A stretch of DNA of 64,000 bases from an uncultured virus (IMG/VR IMGVR_UViG_3300028380_000008). Lineage: Duplodnaviria; Heunggongvirae; Uroviricota; Caudoviricetes. The stretch lies in IMG/VR virus record IMGVR_UViG_3300028380_000008. The stretch is one strand, 5' to 3'. Positions 1-8,417 of this stretch are shown here, piece after piece. Every line of letters starts with the position of its first letter. Positions within the stretch are counted from its first letter, which is position 1. Below the pieces are notes generated by a model. It was given only the letters and a program-made list of their open reading frames with translations. It was not told the DNA's origin and searched no databases. The position numbers and the translations under genes were made by a program.

Positions 1-283
1 GCACCCACCGCCCGCCCTCCGCTCCCGGGCCGGGGGCCCGCCTCCGCGTGTCCCTCCCACCGCCCCCTCGCGCACCCGGCCCGGCTCCGGGGGCAAGCGG
101 CCTCACCCTCGCCAGGGGGCCCGGCCGCACCGCGCCCCGCCCGCGCGCGGCGCTCCGGGGGCTGCCGGCCCGGCCGCGCTCGCCGCGGGCCCCCGGGCGG
201 GCGTGGACCGGGCTCGGATACGTTCCGGGGGTGCCGTGGGGCGAGATAGGCGGTCCCGACGAGCGCGGCCGTCCGCGCGCGAA

Positions 284-503
284 GGGTATTTTCTGTAGAG
301 CTCTCGGCTGGTCGCCGGAGGGGTATCTTCTGCGAGCTCGGTCGGCTCGCGGCCCGCCCTCGAGCCCGCCTCCGGGAGGTCGTGGGGGACCTCGTCGATT
401 TTTTTTGTCGCTCGCTCCCGCGCGGCGACCCCTCCAAACCACCCCAGCCAGCTCGGGGCGCGGCCCGGTCGCGGCGGTGCGAGGGCCGTAGAGTATACCC
501 CCA
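284..503. repeat. Cluster of GGGTAT(T/C/A)(T/C)TCT motifs (284-294 +, 321-331 +, 490-500 -)
   Basis: GGGTATTTTCT, GGGTATCTTCT and AGAGTATACCC (reverse complement GGGTATACTCT) in non-coding DNA; the motif recurs at 10071 and 10090. Confidence 0.7.
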
Positions 504-510
504 GGTTCTT

Positions 511-540
511 GTTGACGATGTCACCAGCGAGCGGTACGCT
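511..540 (+). promoter_or_regulatory. Sigma70-type leaderless promoter with palindromic operator
   Basis: TTGACG-17nt-TACGCT, 7 nt before ATG 548; GTTGAC-gat-GTCACC overlaps the -35. Confidence 0.8.
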
Positions 541-547
541 CCGGGTC

Positions 548-1036
548 ATGACCACAGACGCAGACCCGACCCGCCGGCGGCTCGCTGAGATCCGCCGGGC
601 CCGCCGCGAGGTCGACCACCCGGCCAGCAGCGTCGCCCTGGACGACCTCGAGTTCCTCCTCAGCCTCGCGATGGACGACTACGACATGTCCGCGGACGGC
701 GTCGCGGCGAACGTCCGCCTGCTGGTCGAGGGCGAGCCGGCCGACCACGGACACCTCCTCCCGGGACCGTCGGCGGCGCTGCGCGCGGGGCGGACCCGCC
801 CCGCCCCGGTCGGCCCGGCCGCGCTGGTCGACGCCTACGAGTGCGCGGCGTGCCGGCTGCGCGCGGAGTCGGGGCGGGAGCCCGGGGAGACGGGCGACGA
901 GGCGCGCGCCGCGCAGCCCGACTGCCTGGACTGCGGGACCCCGATGGTCTGGGTCGGGTGCGCGGTCCGGCGGGTCGACCCGGACAAGGTCGCCGTCGCG
1001 CCGGTCCCGGCGGCTCCGGGTGGGACCGGCCGGTGA
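548..1036 (+). CDS. Hypothetical protein with C-terminal zinc ribbon
   Basis: ATG directly after promoter; CAAC...CLDC motif. Confidence 0.7.
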   Translation: MTTDADPTRRRLAEIRRARREVDHPASSVALDDLEFLLSLAMDDYDMSADGVAANVRLLVEGEPADHGHLLPGPSAALRAGRTRPAPVGPAALVDAYECAACRLRAESGREPGETGDEARAAQPDCLDCGTPMVWVGCAVRRVDPDKVAVAPVPAAPGGTGR

Positions 1037-1091
1037 GGCGCCCCGCGCGCGCGACCCGCGGCCGGAGGGGCCGGCGCCGGTCCGGTTAACT

Positions 1092-1121
1092 GTTGACGAC
1101 GTCACCAGCAAGGGGTACGCT
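1092..1121 (+). promoter_or_regulatory. Leaderless promoter with operator, near-duplicate of 511-550
   Basis: TTGACG-17nt-TACGCT-ccgggtc-ATG; GTTGAC-gac-GTCACC. Confidence 0.8.
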
Positions 1122-1128
1122 CCGGGTC

Positions 1129-1341
1129 ATGACGAACAACATCTACCCGAACCAGGTCAACGGGCCGCTGCCGGTGCGCGCCCAGTACGGAGGTTGGTCG
1201 ACGTCCGTCGGGCTGCACGACCAGCGGACGTCGATGACCGAAGCCGAAGCGTTCAAGCTGCTCGGCGAGGCCATCGAGCACCACGAGATGATGGGCAAAG
1301 CGATCGAGACGCTGCGCGGGGCGCTCGGAGTGAAGCGGTGA
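1129..1341 (+). CDS. Small hypothetical protein
   Basis: MTNNIYPNQ...; follows promoter. Confidence 0.7.
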   Translation: MTNNIYPNQVNGPLPVRAQYGGWSTSVGLHDQRTSMTEAEAFKLLGEAIEHHEMMGKAIETLRGALGVKR

Positions 1342-1343
1342 CT

Positions 1344-1988
1344 ATGAGCAAGAGCGAGCGAGACAGGATCACGGACGAGCGGCTGGCGGAGCTGGTCGCC
1401 GCCGGGGCCGCGGCGGCCGACGGCAACGTGTTCACCGTCGCCGACGTGACCACGCGGGACCTCGGCGAGATGGCCGGCGAGGTCCTCGCGGCCCGCAGGT
1501 GGAGGCCGCCGGCGCGCCCCGACCACCAGACCCCGGAGCACGCCGGGCACGACGGCGGCTGGCGCAGCGGGCCGCTGCGCGCGACCGTCCAGATCAGCAG
1601 CCGCAGCCTCCGCGTCCGCCTGGGCGGGGACCCCGCCGAGAGCCAGTCGGGGACCGCCGGCCACTTCACGCTGTGCATGTACTGGCGAGCCAGGGGCGGC
1701 CCGGACGGCGACCAGGTCCTGTGGGTGGACTTCGAGCTGTTCGAGGTCGTCCGGCCCGGGACCTACCGCAGCCGCGACCGGAGCCGCGGCGAGACGACCC
1801 GGCTGGGCGAGGCGGAGCTCGCCGCGAGCGGGTTCGTGAAGTGGGACGGCTGCACGCAGTTCGAGCTCGGCCCGGTCCACGTCGACGGCGCCGCCGAGCT
1901 CGACCGGCTGCTCTGGGCGGTCGCGGAGGCCCGGAGGCGCTGCGCGCTCGCCATGCCGGGCACGGACGCCGCGGCGGAGTACGAGTAG
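1344..1988 (+). CDS. Hypothetical protein
   Basis: MSKSERDR...; abuts previous gene; GC3-biased frame. Confidence 0.65.
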   Translation: MSKSERDRITDERLAELVAAGAAAADGNVFTVADVTTRDLGEMAGEVLAARRWRPPARPDHQTPEHAGHDGGWRSGPLRATVQISSRSLRVRLGGDPAESQSGTAGHFTLCMYWRARGGPDGDQVLWVDFELFEVVRPGTYRSRDRSRGETTRLGEAELAASGFVKWDGCTQFELGPVHVDGAAELDRLLWAVAEARRRCALAMPGTDAAAEYE

Positions 1989-2156
1989 GTGGCGTGGGAC
2001 GGCGCTCACCGCGGCAAGACCCACTACGCGGTGAAGGCGGCCGGCGCGCACGTCGCGGTAGCCGCATGCGGGCGGCGCCTGGTGAGCAAGAAGACCGACA
2101 AGCGCGACGGCGTCAACTGCTTCGCGTGCCTGAAGAAGATAGGAGTCCTGAAATGA
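1989..2156 (+). CDS. Small zinc-finger-like protein (55 aa, not in ORF track)
   Basis: Hand translation ...KTHYAV...ACGRRL...VNCFACLKKIGVLK; ATGA overlap with next gene. Confidence 0.6.
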   Translation: MAWDGAHRGKTHYAVKAAGAHVAVAACGRRLVSKKTDKRDGVNCFACLKKIGVLK

Positions 2157-2401
2157 CGAAGACGAAGGAAGCTGCGACCGAGTTCCTGCGCAGCGTCGCC
2201 GACGACGTGCAGCACCAGAGGTACGGCGGGCTGTCGCTGTTCGATCGGGCTCGCTGCGAGCTCGACCCGAGCCAGCGCGGCGCCGCCTGGAGCCTGGTGG
2301 TCCGGGCGACGAAGGCGGCGAGGACGTCGACCGGGATGGCGGAGTTCGAGGTCCTGCTCGAGGCTGCGCAGCTGATCGAGGACGGGGAGGTTGCGCCGTG
2401 A
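2153..2401 (+). CDS. Hypothetical protein
   Basis: AGGAG RBS, MTKTKEAATE...; overlaps both neighbours by 4 nt. Confidence 0.65.
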   Translation: MTKTKEAATEFLRSVADDVQHQRYGGLSLFDRARCELDPSQRGAAWSLVVRATKAARTSTGMAEFEVLLEAAQLIEDGEVAP

Positions 2402-2994
2402 GCGACGAGCTCGCCGCCGCGGTGGCGCAGAAGGACGCAGCCTACAGGGAGCGGGACTGCTGCGTGGCGGCGATCGCGGCGATGGCCCAGCAGCTCGGGT
2501 GGCCGTGCGGGCTCGGCCGCCACGAGGAGGGCGACCCCGGGTGGGACCCCGAGTGGATGAACGTCGTCTTCGTCGAGTTCCCGACGGGCCAGTGCTCATG
2601 GCACGTCCACGACAGCGAGCTCGGCTGGTTCTCGTTCCTGCCCCGGTACGAGCGCCCGTGGGACGGCCACACCTCGGCGACGAAGTACGCGCGCATCGGA
2701 GCGTGGGCGCAGGGAGAGCGCAAGCCGGTCGAGCAACCCGAGGCCGAGCGCGTCCTCGTCGAGCTGAGGACGGACCTCGGCGGAGACCTGCGCGCGGTGC
2801 GCGCGACGATGAGCCGCGTGCCGTGCGCGGGCGAGGTGGTCCGGATCCTCTGGATGGTCAACGGCTGCTGCGAGGCGTTCCGGTTCCTGGTCCGCGGCGT
2901 CGATCACGTCGCGGACACCGACGCGTACCCGAGGCGCCACGGCGCGCTCGACGCGTGGGTGGAGTGCGAGTCGCTCACCAGCGGCCCCTATTAG
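2398..2994 (+). CDS. WDGH-motif phage protein
   Basis: AYRER...PTGQCSWH...PWDGHT motif. Confidence 0.7.
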   Translation: MSDELAAAVAQKDAAYRERDCCVAAIAAMAQQLGWPCGLGRHEEGDPGWDPEWMNVVFVEFPTGQCSWHVHDSELGWFSFLPRYERPWDGHTSATKYARIGAWAQGERKPVEQPEAERVLVELRTDLGGDLRAVRATMSRVPCAGEVVRILWMVNGCCEAFRFLVRGVDHVADTDAYPRRHGALDAWVECESLTSGPY

Positions 2995-2995
2995 C

Positions 2996-3025
2996 GTTGA
3001 CACCGTCACCAGAGCGGCGTACGCT
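2996..3025 (+). promoter_or_regulatory. Leaderless promoter with operator
   Basis: TTGACA-17nt-TACGCT-6nt-ATG 3032; GTTGAC-acc-GTCACC. Confidence 0.8.
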
Positions 3026-3031
3026 CCGCGG

Positions 3032-3592
3032 ATGGTGATCGGCATCGGTGAGATCGAGTACGATCGCTGGCTCGCGGCGGACGAGGCGTCCCAGGTCGAG
3101 GCGCTGGCGGCGTCGTACTGCGTGCCGCGTCCGGACGGGAGCGGGTTCTACCTCGACTTCGGGTACGATAACTTCGAGGCGATGGAAGGAGCGAGGGTTT
3201 GCGCCGCGGGGCTGTCACCCGATCCGGCTCGGCTCCGAGGGCGGACGCGGTACATGGCAGGGTGGCTCGCGGGTCAGATCTACGATCACCACGCGGCGAG
3301 CCCGAGTGCTGGACCCGAACCCAAACGCGCTCGCGGGCCGCGCCGGCAGCCGGATAAGCGCGCCCGCTTCGTCGACCTGTGGGAGTCGTCCGAGTCGCTG
3401 GGCGGCGTCGCAGCGGCGCTCGGCCTCAAGACTGCCACGGTGCGGGCGTACGCGAGCCGATTCAGGGCCGCCGGGGTCCGCCTGAAGAAGTTCAAGACCG
3501 GGCCTCGGCGCGGGCAGCGTATGGACGATCTGGACGCCGAGGCGGTCGCGGAGCTCAACCGCAGGATCGCCAGGACGAGGAGGCGCCGCTAG
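3032..3592 (+). CDS. Helix-turn-helix DNA-binding protein
   Basis: WESSESLGGVAAALGLKTATVRAYASRFRAAGVRLKKF; paralogous to 6807-7151. Confidence 0.65.
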   Translation: MVIGIGEIEYDRWLAADEASQVEALAASYCVPRPDGSGFYLDFGYDNFEAMEGARVCAAGLSPDPARLRGRTRYMAGWLAGQIYDHHAASPSAGPEPKRARGPRRQPDKRARFVDLWESSESLGGVAAALGLKTATVRAYASRFRAAGVRLKKFKTGPRRGQRMDDLDAEAVAELNRRIARTRRRR

Positions 3593-4098
3593 CGGCGCTC
3601 ATCTCGCGGCTCGACCAGGACGACGCCGGCGAGCTGTTCTTTCTCCTCACGCTCGCGCGCCTCCATCTCCATGGCGATCGCCTCGAACCGGGACTTCGGC
3701 TCTGGGACTGACGGCTCGACCTTGACGAAAGGTATGTACTGGTACGGGATCTCGATAGGGCTGCGTCGGCTGTAGACGACTTTCAGCTGACTCTGGACCA
3801 TGCGAGGGAGGTCGAGGTAGCTGAGGTCGACGAGCGGGGCGTCGTAAGGGCGGACGATGATGCGCGGGTCGAGGTCGACCACCAGCAGCATCTCGATAAC
3901 TCCAGTGCCGATCAATCTAGCGCTGACCGCCGCGTGCGTCACGACGACGTCGGGCGTACTCATTCCCCATCCTGACATCTGTGGATAGAACAGCGTCGGC
4001 TTGAAGAATTCGAGCGGTTGTGGTCCTCGCACGCGCCCGCGAAGTGGGGCGTCTCCCGGGTGTTCGGTGTGGAGCGTCAGGTAGAACATCGAGGACAT
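3589..4098 (-). CDS. Hypothetical protein
   Basis: MSSMFYLTLH...; coupled to 4098-4316. Confidence 0.6.
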   Translation of the reverse strand: MSSMFYLTLHTEHPGDAPLRGRVRGPQPLEFFKPTLFYPQMSGWGMSTPDVVVTHAAVSARLIGTGVIEMLLVVDLDPRIIVRPYDAPLVDLSYLDLPRMVQSQLKVVYSRRSPIEIPYQYIPFVKVEPSVPEPKSRFEAIAMEMEAREREEKEQLAGVVLVEPRDERR

Positions 4099-4316
4099 CA
4101 GTTGTTGACCTTGCGGTGTGCCTCGACCGCGCCCACGGCGAAGCCCATGGCCTCTCCTCTGCACCACGCCTCCCACTCCTTGACCCGAGCGTCCCGGCGC
4201 GCGTGGAAGTCCTCGACGCGCCACTCCTCCGGGTACCCCGCGTGAGTGAGCATGTGCAGGCGCAGCGCGAACGCCGCGGAGTAGATCCCGCGCTCGATTT
4301 CGGATTCCAGCTTCAT
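4098..4316 (-). CDS. Small hypothetical protein
   Basis: MKLESEIERG...; ATG 7 nt after a minus-strand -10 (TACGGT). Confidence 0.6.
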   Translation of the reverse strand: MKLESEIERGIYSAAFALRLHMLTHAGYPEEWRVEDFHARRDARVKEWEAWCRGEAMGFAVGAVEAHRKVNN

Positions 4317-4323
4317 GCCGGTC

Positions 4324-4393
4324 ACCGTAGCACGTGTCAGGTGACAACGTCACCACCAAACGCTTGACGCTCGCCTGGCCGCGGTGCGACGCT
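4324..4393. promoter_or_regulatory. Divergent promoters with perfect operator GGTGAC-aac-GTCACC (4340-4354)
   Basis: Minus: GTGACG-18-TACGGT-7-ATG; plus: TTGACG-18-GACGCT-6-GTG 4400. Confidence 0.65.
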
Positions 4394-4399
4394 GGCGGC

Positions 4400-4630
4400 G
4401 TGAGGAAGAATCCGCCGCACGACATCCACCACTGGAGCCCGGTACCCATGCAAGCCGGAATCTACGCTTGCGCGGACCCCGAGTGCCGGATCCGCGGCCG
4501 GCGGTGCCGAGACGGCGTAGTCCGCGCCTACAAGGACCGGCGGCGGCACGATCCGGACCCGACGGTGATGGACGGCGCCAGCCTGGCCCGCATTGAGCGG
4601 GCGTCGCGTCGCGAGCGCGACGACGAGTAG
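4400..4630 (+). CDS. Small Cys/His-containing hypothetical protein
   Basis: HHW...CADPEC; start fits the leaderless promoter. Confidence 0.55.
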   Translation: MRKNPPHDIHHWSPVPMQAGIYACADPECRIRGRRCRDGVVRAYKDRRRHDPDPTVMDGASLARIERASRRERDDE

Positions 4631-4662
4631 CGGCGGGTGCCGGTCGTTGCCGCGGATCCGGT

Positions 4663-4692
4663 TTGACGGCGCTCGGTCGCCGCGGATACGTT
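4663..4692 (+). promoter_or_regulatory. Leaderless promoter
   Basis: TTGACG-18-TACGTT-8-ATG 4701. Confidence 0.65.
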
Positions 4693-4700
4693 CCGAAGTC

Positions 4701-4880
4701 ATGGGCACGGTGACGTCGCTGAGCATCCGCCGCGATCGGATTCGGATGGAACGCGTCGCCGCCGAGCTGCGGAGCGGCGACCCGGTCTACGGAGACTGGT
4801 GGGCGCTGCTCTACCTGCTCGCGCACGTCCGAGACGCGGCTCGCCGAGTATCGGGAGACCCGGGCCGCGCGGCGACCTAG
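4701..4880 (+). CDS. Small hypothetical protein
   Basis: MGTVTSLSIRR...; follows promoter. Confidence 0.55.
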   Translation: MGTVTSLSIRRDRIRMERVAAELRSGDPVYGDWWALLYLLAHVRDAARRVSGDPGRAAT

Positions 4881-5041
4881 TTCGTGTGCGTGCAGGTCTT
4901 GCTCTGCGTGCAGCACATCCCGGTCGGTGCCGCCGTGCTGCACATGCCGCCACCGACCACGTCACCCATGTCGGTCGAGCTCAGGACCTTCACCGTCTCG
5001 CTGTTCAACTTGGTCTTCGAGTTACGCTTGTTCTTGTTCAC
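4877..5041 (-). CDS. Lanthipeptide/RiPP precursor-like peptide (54 aa, not in ORF track)
   Basis: MNKNKRNSKTKLNSETVKVLSSTDMGDVVGG-GMCSTAAPTGMCCTQSKTCTHTN; GGAG RBS before GTG; double-Gly leader and Cys/Ser/Thr-rich core. Confidence 0.7.
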   Translation of the reverse strand: MNKNKRNSKTKLNSETVKVLSSTDMGDVVGGGMCSTAAPTGMCCTQSKTCTHTN

Positions 5042-5083
5042 TTGGTGCTCCGTTCGTTAGCCGTCTTGATTGCCGGCTTGGTG

Positions 5084-5112
5084 AAGCTACTCGAGCAGTG
5101 CATGGTCGTCAC
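5084..5112 (-). promoter_or_regulatory. Putative promoter of the peptide gene
   Basis: Minus-strand GTGACG-17-TAGCTT, about 40 nt upstream of GTG 5041. Confidence 0.45.
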
Positions 5113-5166
5113 CGACAATCGATCGCCTGCGCGGTGAGCGCGTCCTACCTGCGCGGACTGCGATTG

Positions 5167-5219
5167 GGTGACATCGTCACCACGAATAGTTGACGACCGT
5201 CGGGTGGCGCAGGTACACT
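5167..5219 (+). promoter_or_regulatory. Perfect operator GGTGAC-atc-GTCACC (5167-5181) plus leaderless promoter
   Basis: TTGACG(5190)-18-TACACT-8-ATG 5228. Confidence 0.7.
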
Positions 5220-5227
5220 GCGCGCTG

Positions 5228-5542
5228 ATGACGAACACCAGTTTGGCTAAGTTATTGATGTACACGTTGGGTCCTGGGATTATCATGGTGGTGAGCGTCG
5301 CCGTCGCTGCCATGGTCAGTTGCAAGGCGCGGGACGCGCGGCTGTGGATCGGCATGGACAGGTCAGCGGTCAGCTGCTCGTACGACGGGCCTCGGCGCGA
5401 CCAGATGACGTGCGTCGGAGGCGGTGTTGTGTACAGGTGCGTGACCGAGGAGGGGTCCACGTGGCGCTGCGCGGCGCTCGTGCTCGGCGCGGGTCGGCCC
5501 GACGGGCCCTTAGAGAGTCCAGACGGGGTGGGTCCGAAGTGA
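5228..5542 (+). CDS. Putative small Cys-rich lipoprotein or membrane protein
   Basis: Hydrophobic N-terminus ending AMVSC, then four further Cys. Confidence 0.55.
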   Translation: MTNTSLAKLLMYTLGPGIIMVVSVAVAAMVSCKARDARLWIGMDRSAVSCSYDGPRRDQMTCVGGGVVYRCVTEEGSTWRCAALVLGAGRPDGPLESPDGVGPK

Positions 5543-5838
5543 GCGCCTCGACCGCCGCGGGCATCTCGTACGATGACCAGCTCACCAGGTGGGCCGCCGG
5601 GGAGTCGATCCATAGCGACAGCGGGTGCTGCCCGGACTTCAGCTGCTGCTGCCCCGAGCTGAGCGCGCCCATCGAGGTACGCCGCGCGTTCGTCGCCGGC
5701 AACGAAGAGAACCGGATGGGTCTGCTCGGGGTGTTCCTGCATGAAGCGATGGTGCGCGCGAACTCCGAGCGGGTTGATCGCGGCGACGACCCCGTGCGCA
5801 TCATCGCGCTCGGGCCTCGCGAAGACGAGCCGTCGTGA
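5539..5838 (+). CDS. Hypothetical protein with CCPDFSCC motif
   Basis: GTGA overlaps at both ends; DQLTRWAAG...GCCPDFSCCCPEL. Confidence 0.65.
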   Translation: MSASTAAGISYDDQLTRWAAGESIHSDSGCCPDFSCCCPELSAPIEVRRAFVAGNEENRMGLLGVFLHEAMVRANSERVDRGDDPVRIIALGPREDEPS

Positions 5839-6023
5839 AGCGCGACCACCGCGGGGCGAACAACCCGAACTCCGTGCTGACGCCGCTCCTGGTGAGCGAG
5901 GCGCGTCGGCTTCACGCGGCGGGGTTCGGGTACGGGTTCGTCGCGCGGTGGCTCGGGGTCACCAAGAGCTGCGTCCAGGCGCTGGTCACCGAGCGCACGT
6001 GGCGGCGGCGCGGCCGGAAGTGA
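5835..6023 (+). CDS. Stand-alone HTH resembling the DNA-binding tail of HNH homing endonucleases
   Basis: RGANNPNSVLT...VARWLGVTKSCVQALVTERTW. Confidence 0.6.
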   Translation: MKRDHRGANNPNSVLTPLLVSEARRLHAAGFGYGFVARWLGVTKSCVQALVTERTWRRRGRK

Positions 6024-6075
6024 GGCGGGTCGTCTTCTTCCTGAGCTGGGTTCCTTGTCATGCTAGACTGCCAGC

Positions 6076-6531
6076 ATGACAACATTCCAAGAATGCGTGA
6101 CCGGGGTGGCTCCCGCCCTGGACGTCCACGTGGTCGACCTGTCCGCGAAGGTCATCCCCCACATGTCAGCCGCGGCGGTGAACGCGCTGCGGTCTGGCCG
6201 GTCCCAGCCCGGTTGGGCGAACGACGTGGTTGTGGTTGCCAGGATGTGGGACCACGTGCCGAGCGACGCTGACATCCGGCAGCTCGGCACCGACATCTCC
6301 GCCATGGTGGACCACGTGGCAGTCGACGGCCTCCTGTCACCCCCGATGCTGATACCGCTGCCGCAGGAATGCGACCACCACCACCACCTGGCAGTCGTGT
6401 TCACGCGGGTGTCAGGAGCCGGGGCGGCAGGCGTCATGGCGACCCTGCGCGAGACGCTGCCGCTGTTCTGCGGGCTCCACGTTATGGACTCGGGCGAGCT
6501 GCCTCCGGTCCACCACGTCAGTTCGTCTTGA
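6076..6531 (+). CDS. Hypothetical protein
   Basis: Extended -10 TGcTAGACT 6 nt before ATG. Confidence 0.55.
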   Translation: MTTFQECVTGVAPALDVHVVDLSAKVIPHMSAAAVNALRSGRSQPGWANDVVVVARMWDHVPSDADIRQLGTDISAMVDHVAVDGLLSPPMLIPLPQECDHHHHLAVVFTRVSGAGAAGVMATLRETLPLFCGLHVMDSGELPPVHHVSSS

Positions 6532-6814
6532 CGCCGCCGCCGGCGGCGAAGAAGACCTTGATCCTCATGTCCGCGCCGAGCTCGACTCGGTCCAACACGA
6601 GGCCGTCCGGGAGGACGTACTTCCCGGCGCGGACGGCCTCGTCGAGCTCGCTGCGCAGCACGCCCTCGGCTTCCGCTACCAGGGTCGGGGTCATGGTCCG
6701 ACCGACGAAGCTACCGAGGGCGCGGTGGCAGACGTCGTCCAGCGCGCGCTGACGGTCGTCCGCGTCGACCAGCGCGCGCTGTAAGAGATCGGGCGGACGC
6801 GGCGCGTCAGCCAC
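6518..6814 (-). CDS. Hypothetical protein
   Basis: MADAPRPP...; coupled to upstream HTH gene. Confidence 0.6.
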   Translation of the reverse strand: MADAPRPPDLLQRALVDADDRQRALDDVCHRALGSFVGRTMTPTLVAEAEGVLRSELDEAVRAGKYVLPDGLVLDRVELGADMRIKVFFAAGGGVKTN

Positions 6815-7151
6815 CCTTCGCGATCTTGTTGAGGGCCTTCACGTCGACCGGCTGCGCGCTCCGCCGCGCGAACCGCTTCAGCTCGACGCCTTGCTTGCGG
6901 AGGCGGCTGGCGATCGCGGTCGCCGACACCGCCTTGATGTCGAGCGCCTCGGCAACCTCGGTCACCGAGTCGGACGATGTCCACGTCCGGGTGAACTCCT
7001 CGTAGTCGATCGCGGCCCGCCGCTTCTTGGTCTGACCGTCGGTGTCGCCGTCAACCAACGCATCGTCGTCGCCGCTGGAAACCTCGTTGTTGTCCCGGTC
7101 GACGGTTGCTACCTTCTTGCTCATCTTCTTCGATTTCGTCTTCTTCTTCAT
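6807..7151 (-). CDS. HTH DNA-binding protein with basic then acidic N-terminus
   Basis: MKKKTKSKK...WTSSDSVTEVAEALDIKAVSATAIASRLRKQGVELKRF; GAGGG RBS. Confidence 0.7.
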   Translation of the reverse strand: MKKKTKSKKMSKKVATVDRDNNEVSSGDDDALVDGDTDGQTKKRRAAIDYEEFTRTWTSSDSVTEVAEALDIKAVSATAIASRLRKQGVELKRFARRSAQPVDVKALNKIAKGG

Positions 7152-7246
7152 TCGGCCCTCTTGTTGCTGAAAGAATTCGTTTACATTAGTACCTGAATCG
7201 TGCCTACGAGTCCAGCGTGCAGAAAGATCAAAACGAGGTGAAGAAC

Positions 7247-8128
7247 ATGGCCCACGTCCCGCCCGTCCACAGTACCGACAACGGAACACCGTATCTGAAA
7301 GACCCAGGCGTAGCGCTCGTCGCGATGCCTCAGTTCTTCCCGATGGAAGTTACACAATTCGTCAATAGTTTCGACGACGTGTTCGACGCCGCCGACTATG
7401 AGAATGACTGGTACGAGAACTTGGCCGATCTCAACCTCAAGCTTGACGACGGCGCGGCGCTGTGCAAGTTCGCCGGTCAGACCTGCTACCTCAGCTTCGG
7501 CGAGAAGCGCACGCGCAACGACCCGGATAGCGCGAAGAGGTACTTCGACAACATCAAGTCGAGCGGTCACGGGAGCGTCTTGGAGCACGCATACTACTCG
7601 ATGGTCGTGTGGGGGGTCGACCGCGCGTTCTCGCACGAGATGGTCCGCCACCGCGCCGGGTGGGCGTACTCGCAGCTCAGCCAGCGTTACGTCGACGGTA
7701 AGACGCTCCGATTCGTTGAACGCCCCGAGTACCAGGACGACGCCGCGCTGCACGCGTCGTTCGAGCGCTGGATCGACGTCGCGAAGGAGGAGTACGACGC
7801 CCGAGCACGGCTCCTGTCGCAGAAGATGACCGACCAGCTCAAGAAGATGCCGGCGACCGAGCGTCGCAAAGCCGTCAACCAGGCGGCGCGGAACTGTCTC
7901 CCGAACGAGACCGAGACCGCTGTCGTGCTCACCGGCAACGCCCGCGCGTGGAGACATTTCTTAGAGATGCGCGGCAGCATGCACGCAGATTTACCGATCG
8001 CGAAAGTCGCGATGCATGCGTACGAGATTTTGAAAACGGCGTCACCGATATTGTTCGACGACTATAAGCGCGAAAAGAACGATGACGGAACCAGAGAGTA
8101 TCTGAGTACGCCGTACAAGAAGGTGTGA
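7247..8128 (+). CDS. thyX: FAD-dependent thymidylate synthase
   Basis: GHGSVLEH, SHEMVRHRAGWAYSQLSQRY (RHRx7S), NARAWRHFLEMR; GAGGTG RBS. Confidence 0.95.
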   Translation: MAHVPPVHSTDNGTPYLKDPGVALVAMPQFFPMEVTQFVNSFDDVFDAADYENDWYENLADLNLKLDDGAALCKFAGQTCYLSFGEKRTRNDPDSAKRYFDNIKSSGHGSVLEHAYYSMVVWGVDRAFSHEMVRHRAGWAYSQLSQRYVDGKTLRFVERPEYQDDAALHASFERWIDVAKEEYDARARLLSQKMTDQLKKMPATERRKAVNQAARNCLPNETETAVVLTGNARAWRHFLEMRGSMHADLPIAKVAMHAYEILKTASPILFDDYKREKNDDGTREYLSTPYKKV

Positions 8129-8177
8129 CCTTGCCTTACTGTACGCGAGCATGCTAAGTCGAGCTTGAGAGGCGAAG

Positions 8178-8411
8178 ATGTCGAAGCATGAGACGACGCG
8201 AAACGTATGCCCCAACTGTCAGGAGATGAGTGTCCGAGTCACTCGGTGTGAGAACTCGCCGTGCGAGTTCTCGGTCGCGTCGTGCGCGACGTGTGACCGC
8301 GAGCAAGCCGTCAGGCAGTTCGTAGCTGACCATCAGAAGGACTGCGCTCACGGACCGGCCGCGATCCCGGAGATCCGCTCAACGTTCGTCGCCCCGCGCA
8401 GGGCGGCCTGA
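8178..8411 (+). CDS. Small zinc-binding protein
   Basis: CPNC, CENSPC, CATC, HQKDCAH. Confidence 0.6.
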   Translation: MSKHETTRNVCPNCQEMSVRVTRCENSPCEFSVASCATCDREQAVRQFVADHQKDCAHGPAAIPEIRSTFVAPRRAA

Positions 8412-8417
8412 ACTAGG

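Noticed and set aside
1..500. ORFs 48-491 and 103-555
   Set aside because: Pro/Arg/Gly-rich translations without codon bias or RBS; likely non-coding
509..1131. Near-identical N-termini in the ORF track (MLTMSPASGTLRVMT / MTTSPARGTLRVMT)
   Set aside because: These are translations of the duplicated promoter; the real starts are ATG 548 and 1129
5835..6023. Homing endonuclease
   Set aside because: Only the HTH tail is present; no HNH nuclease motif nearby
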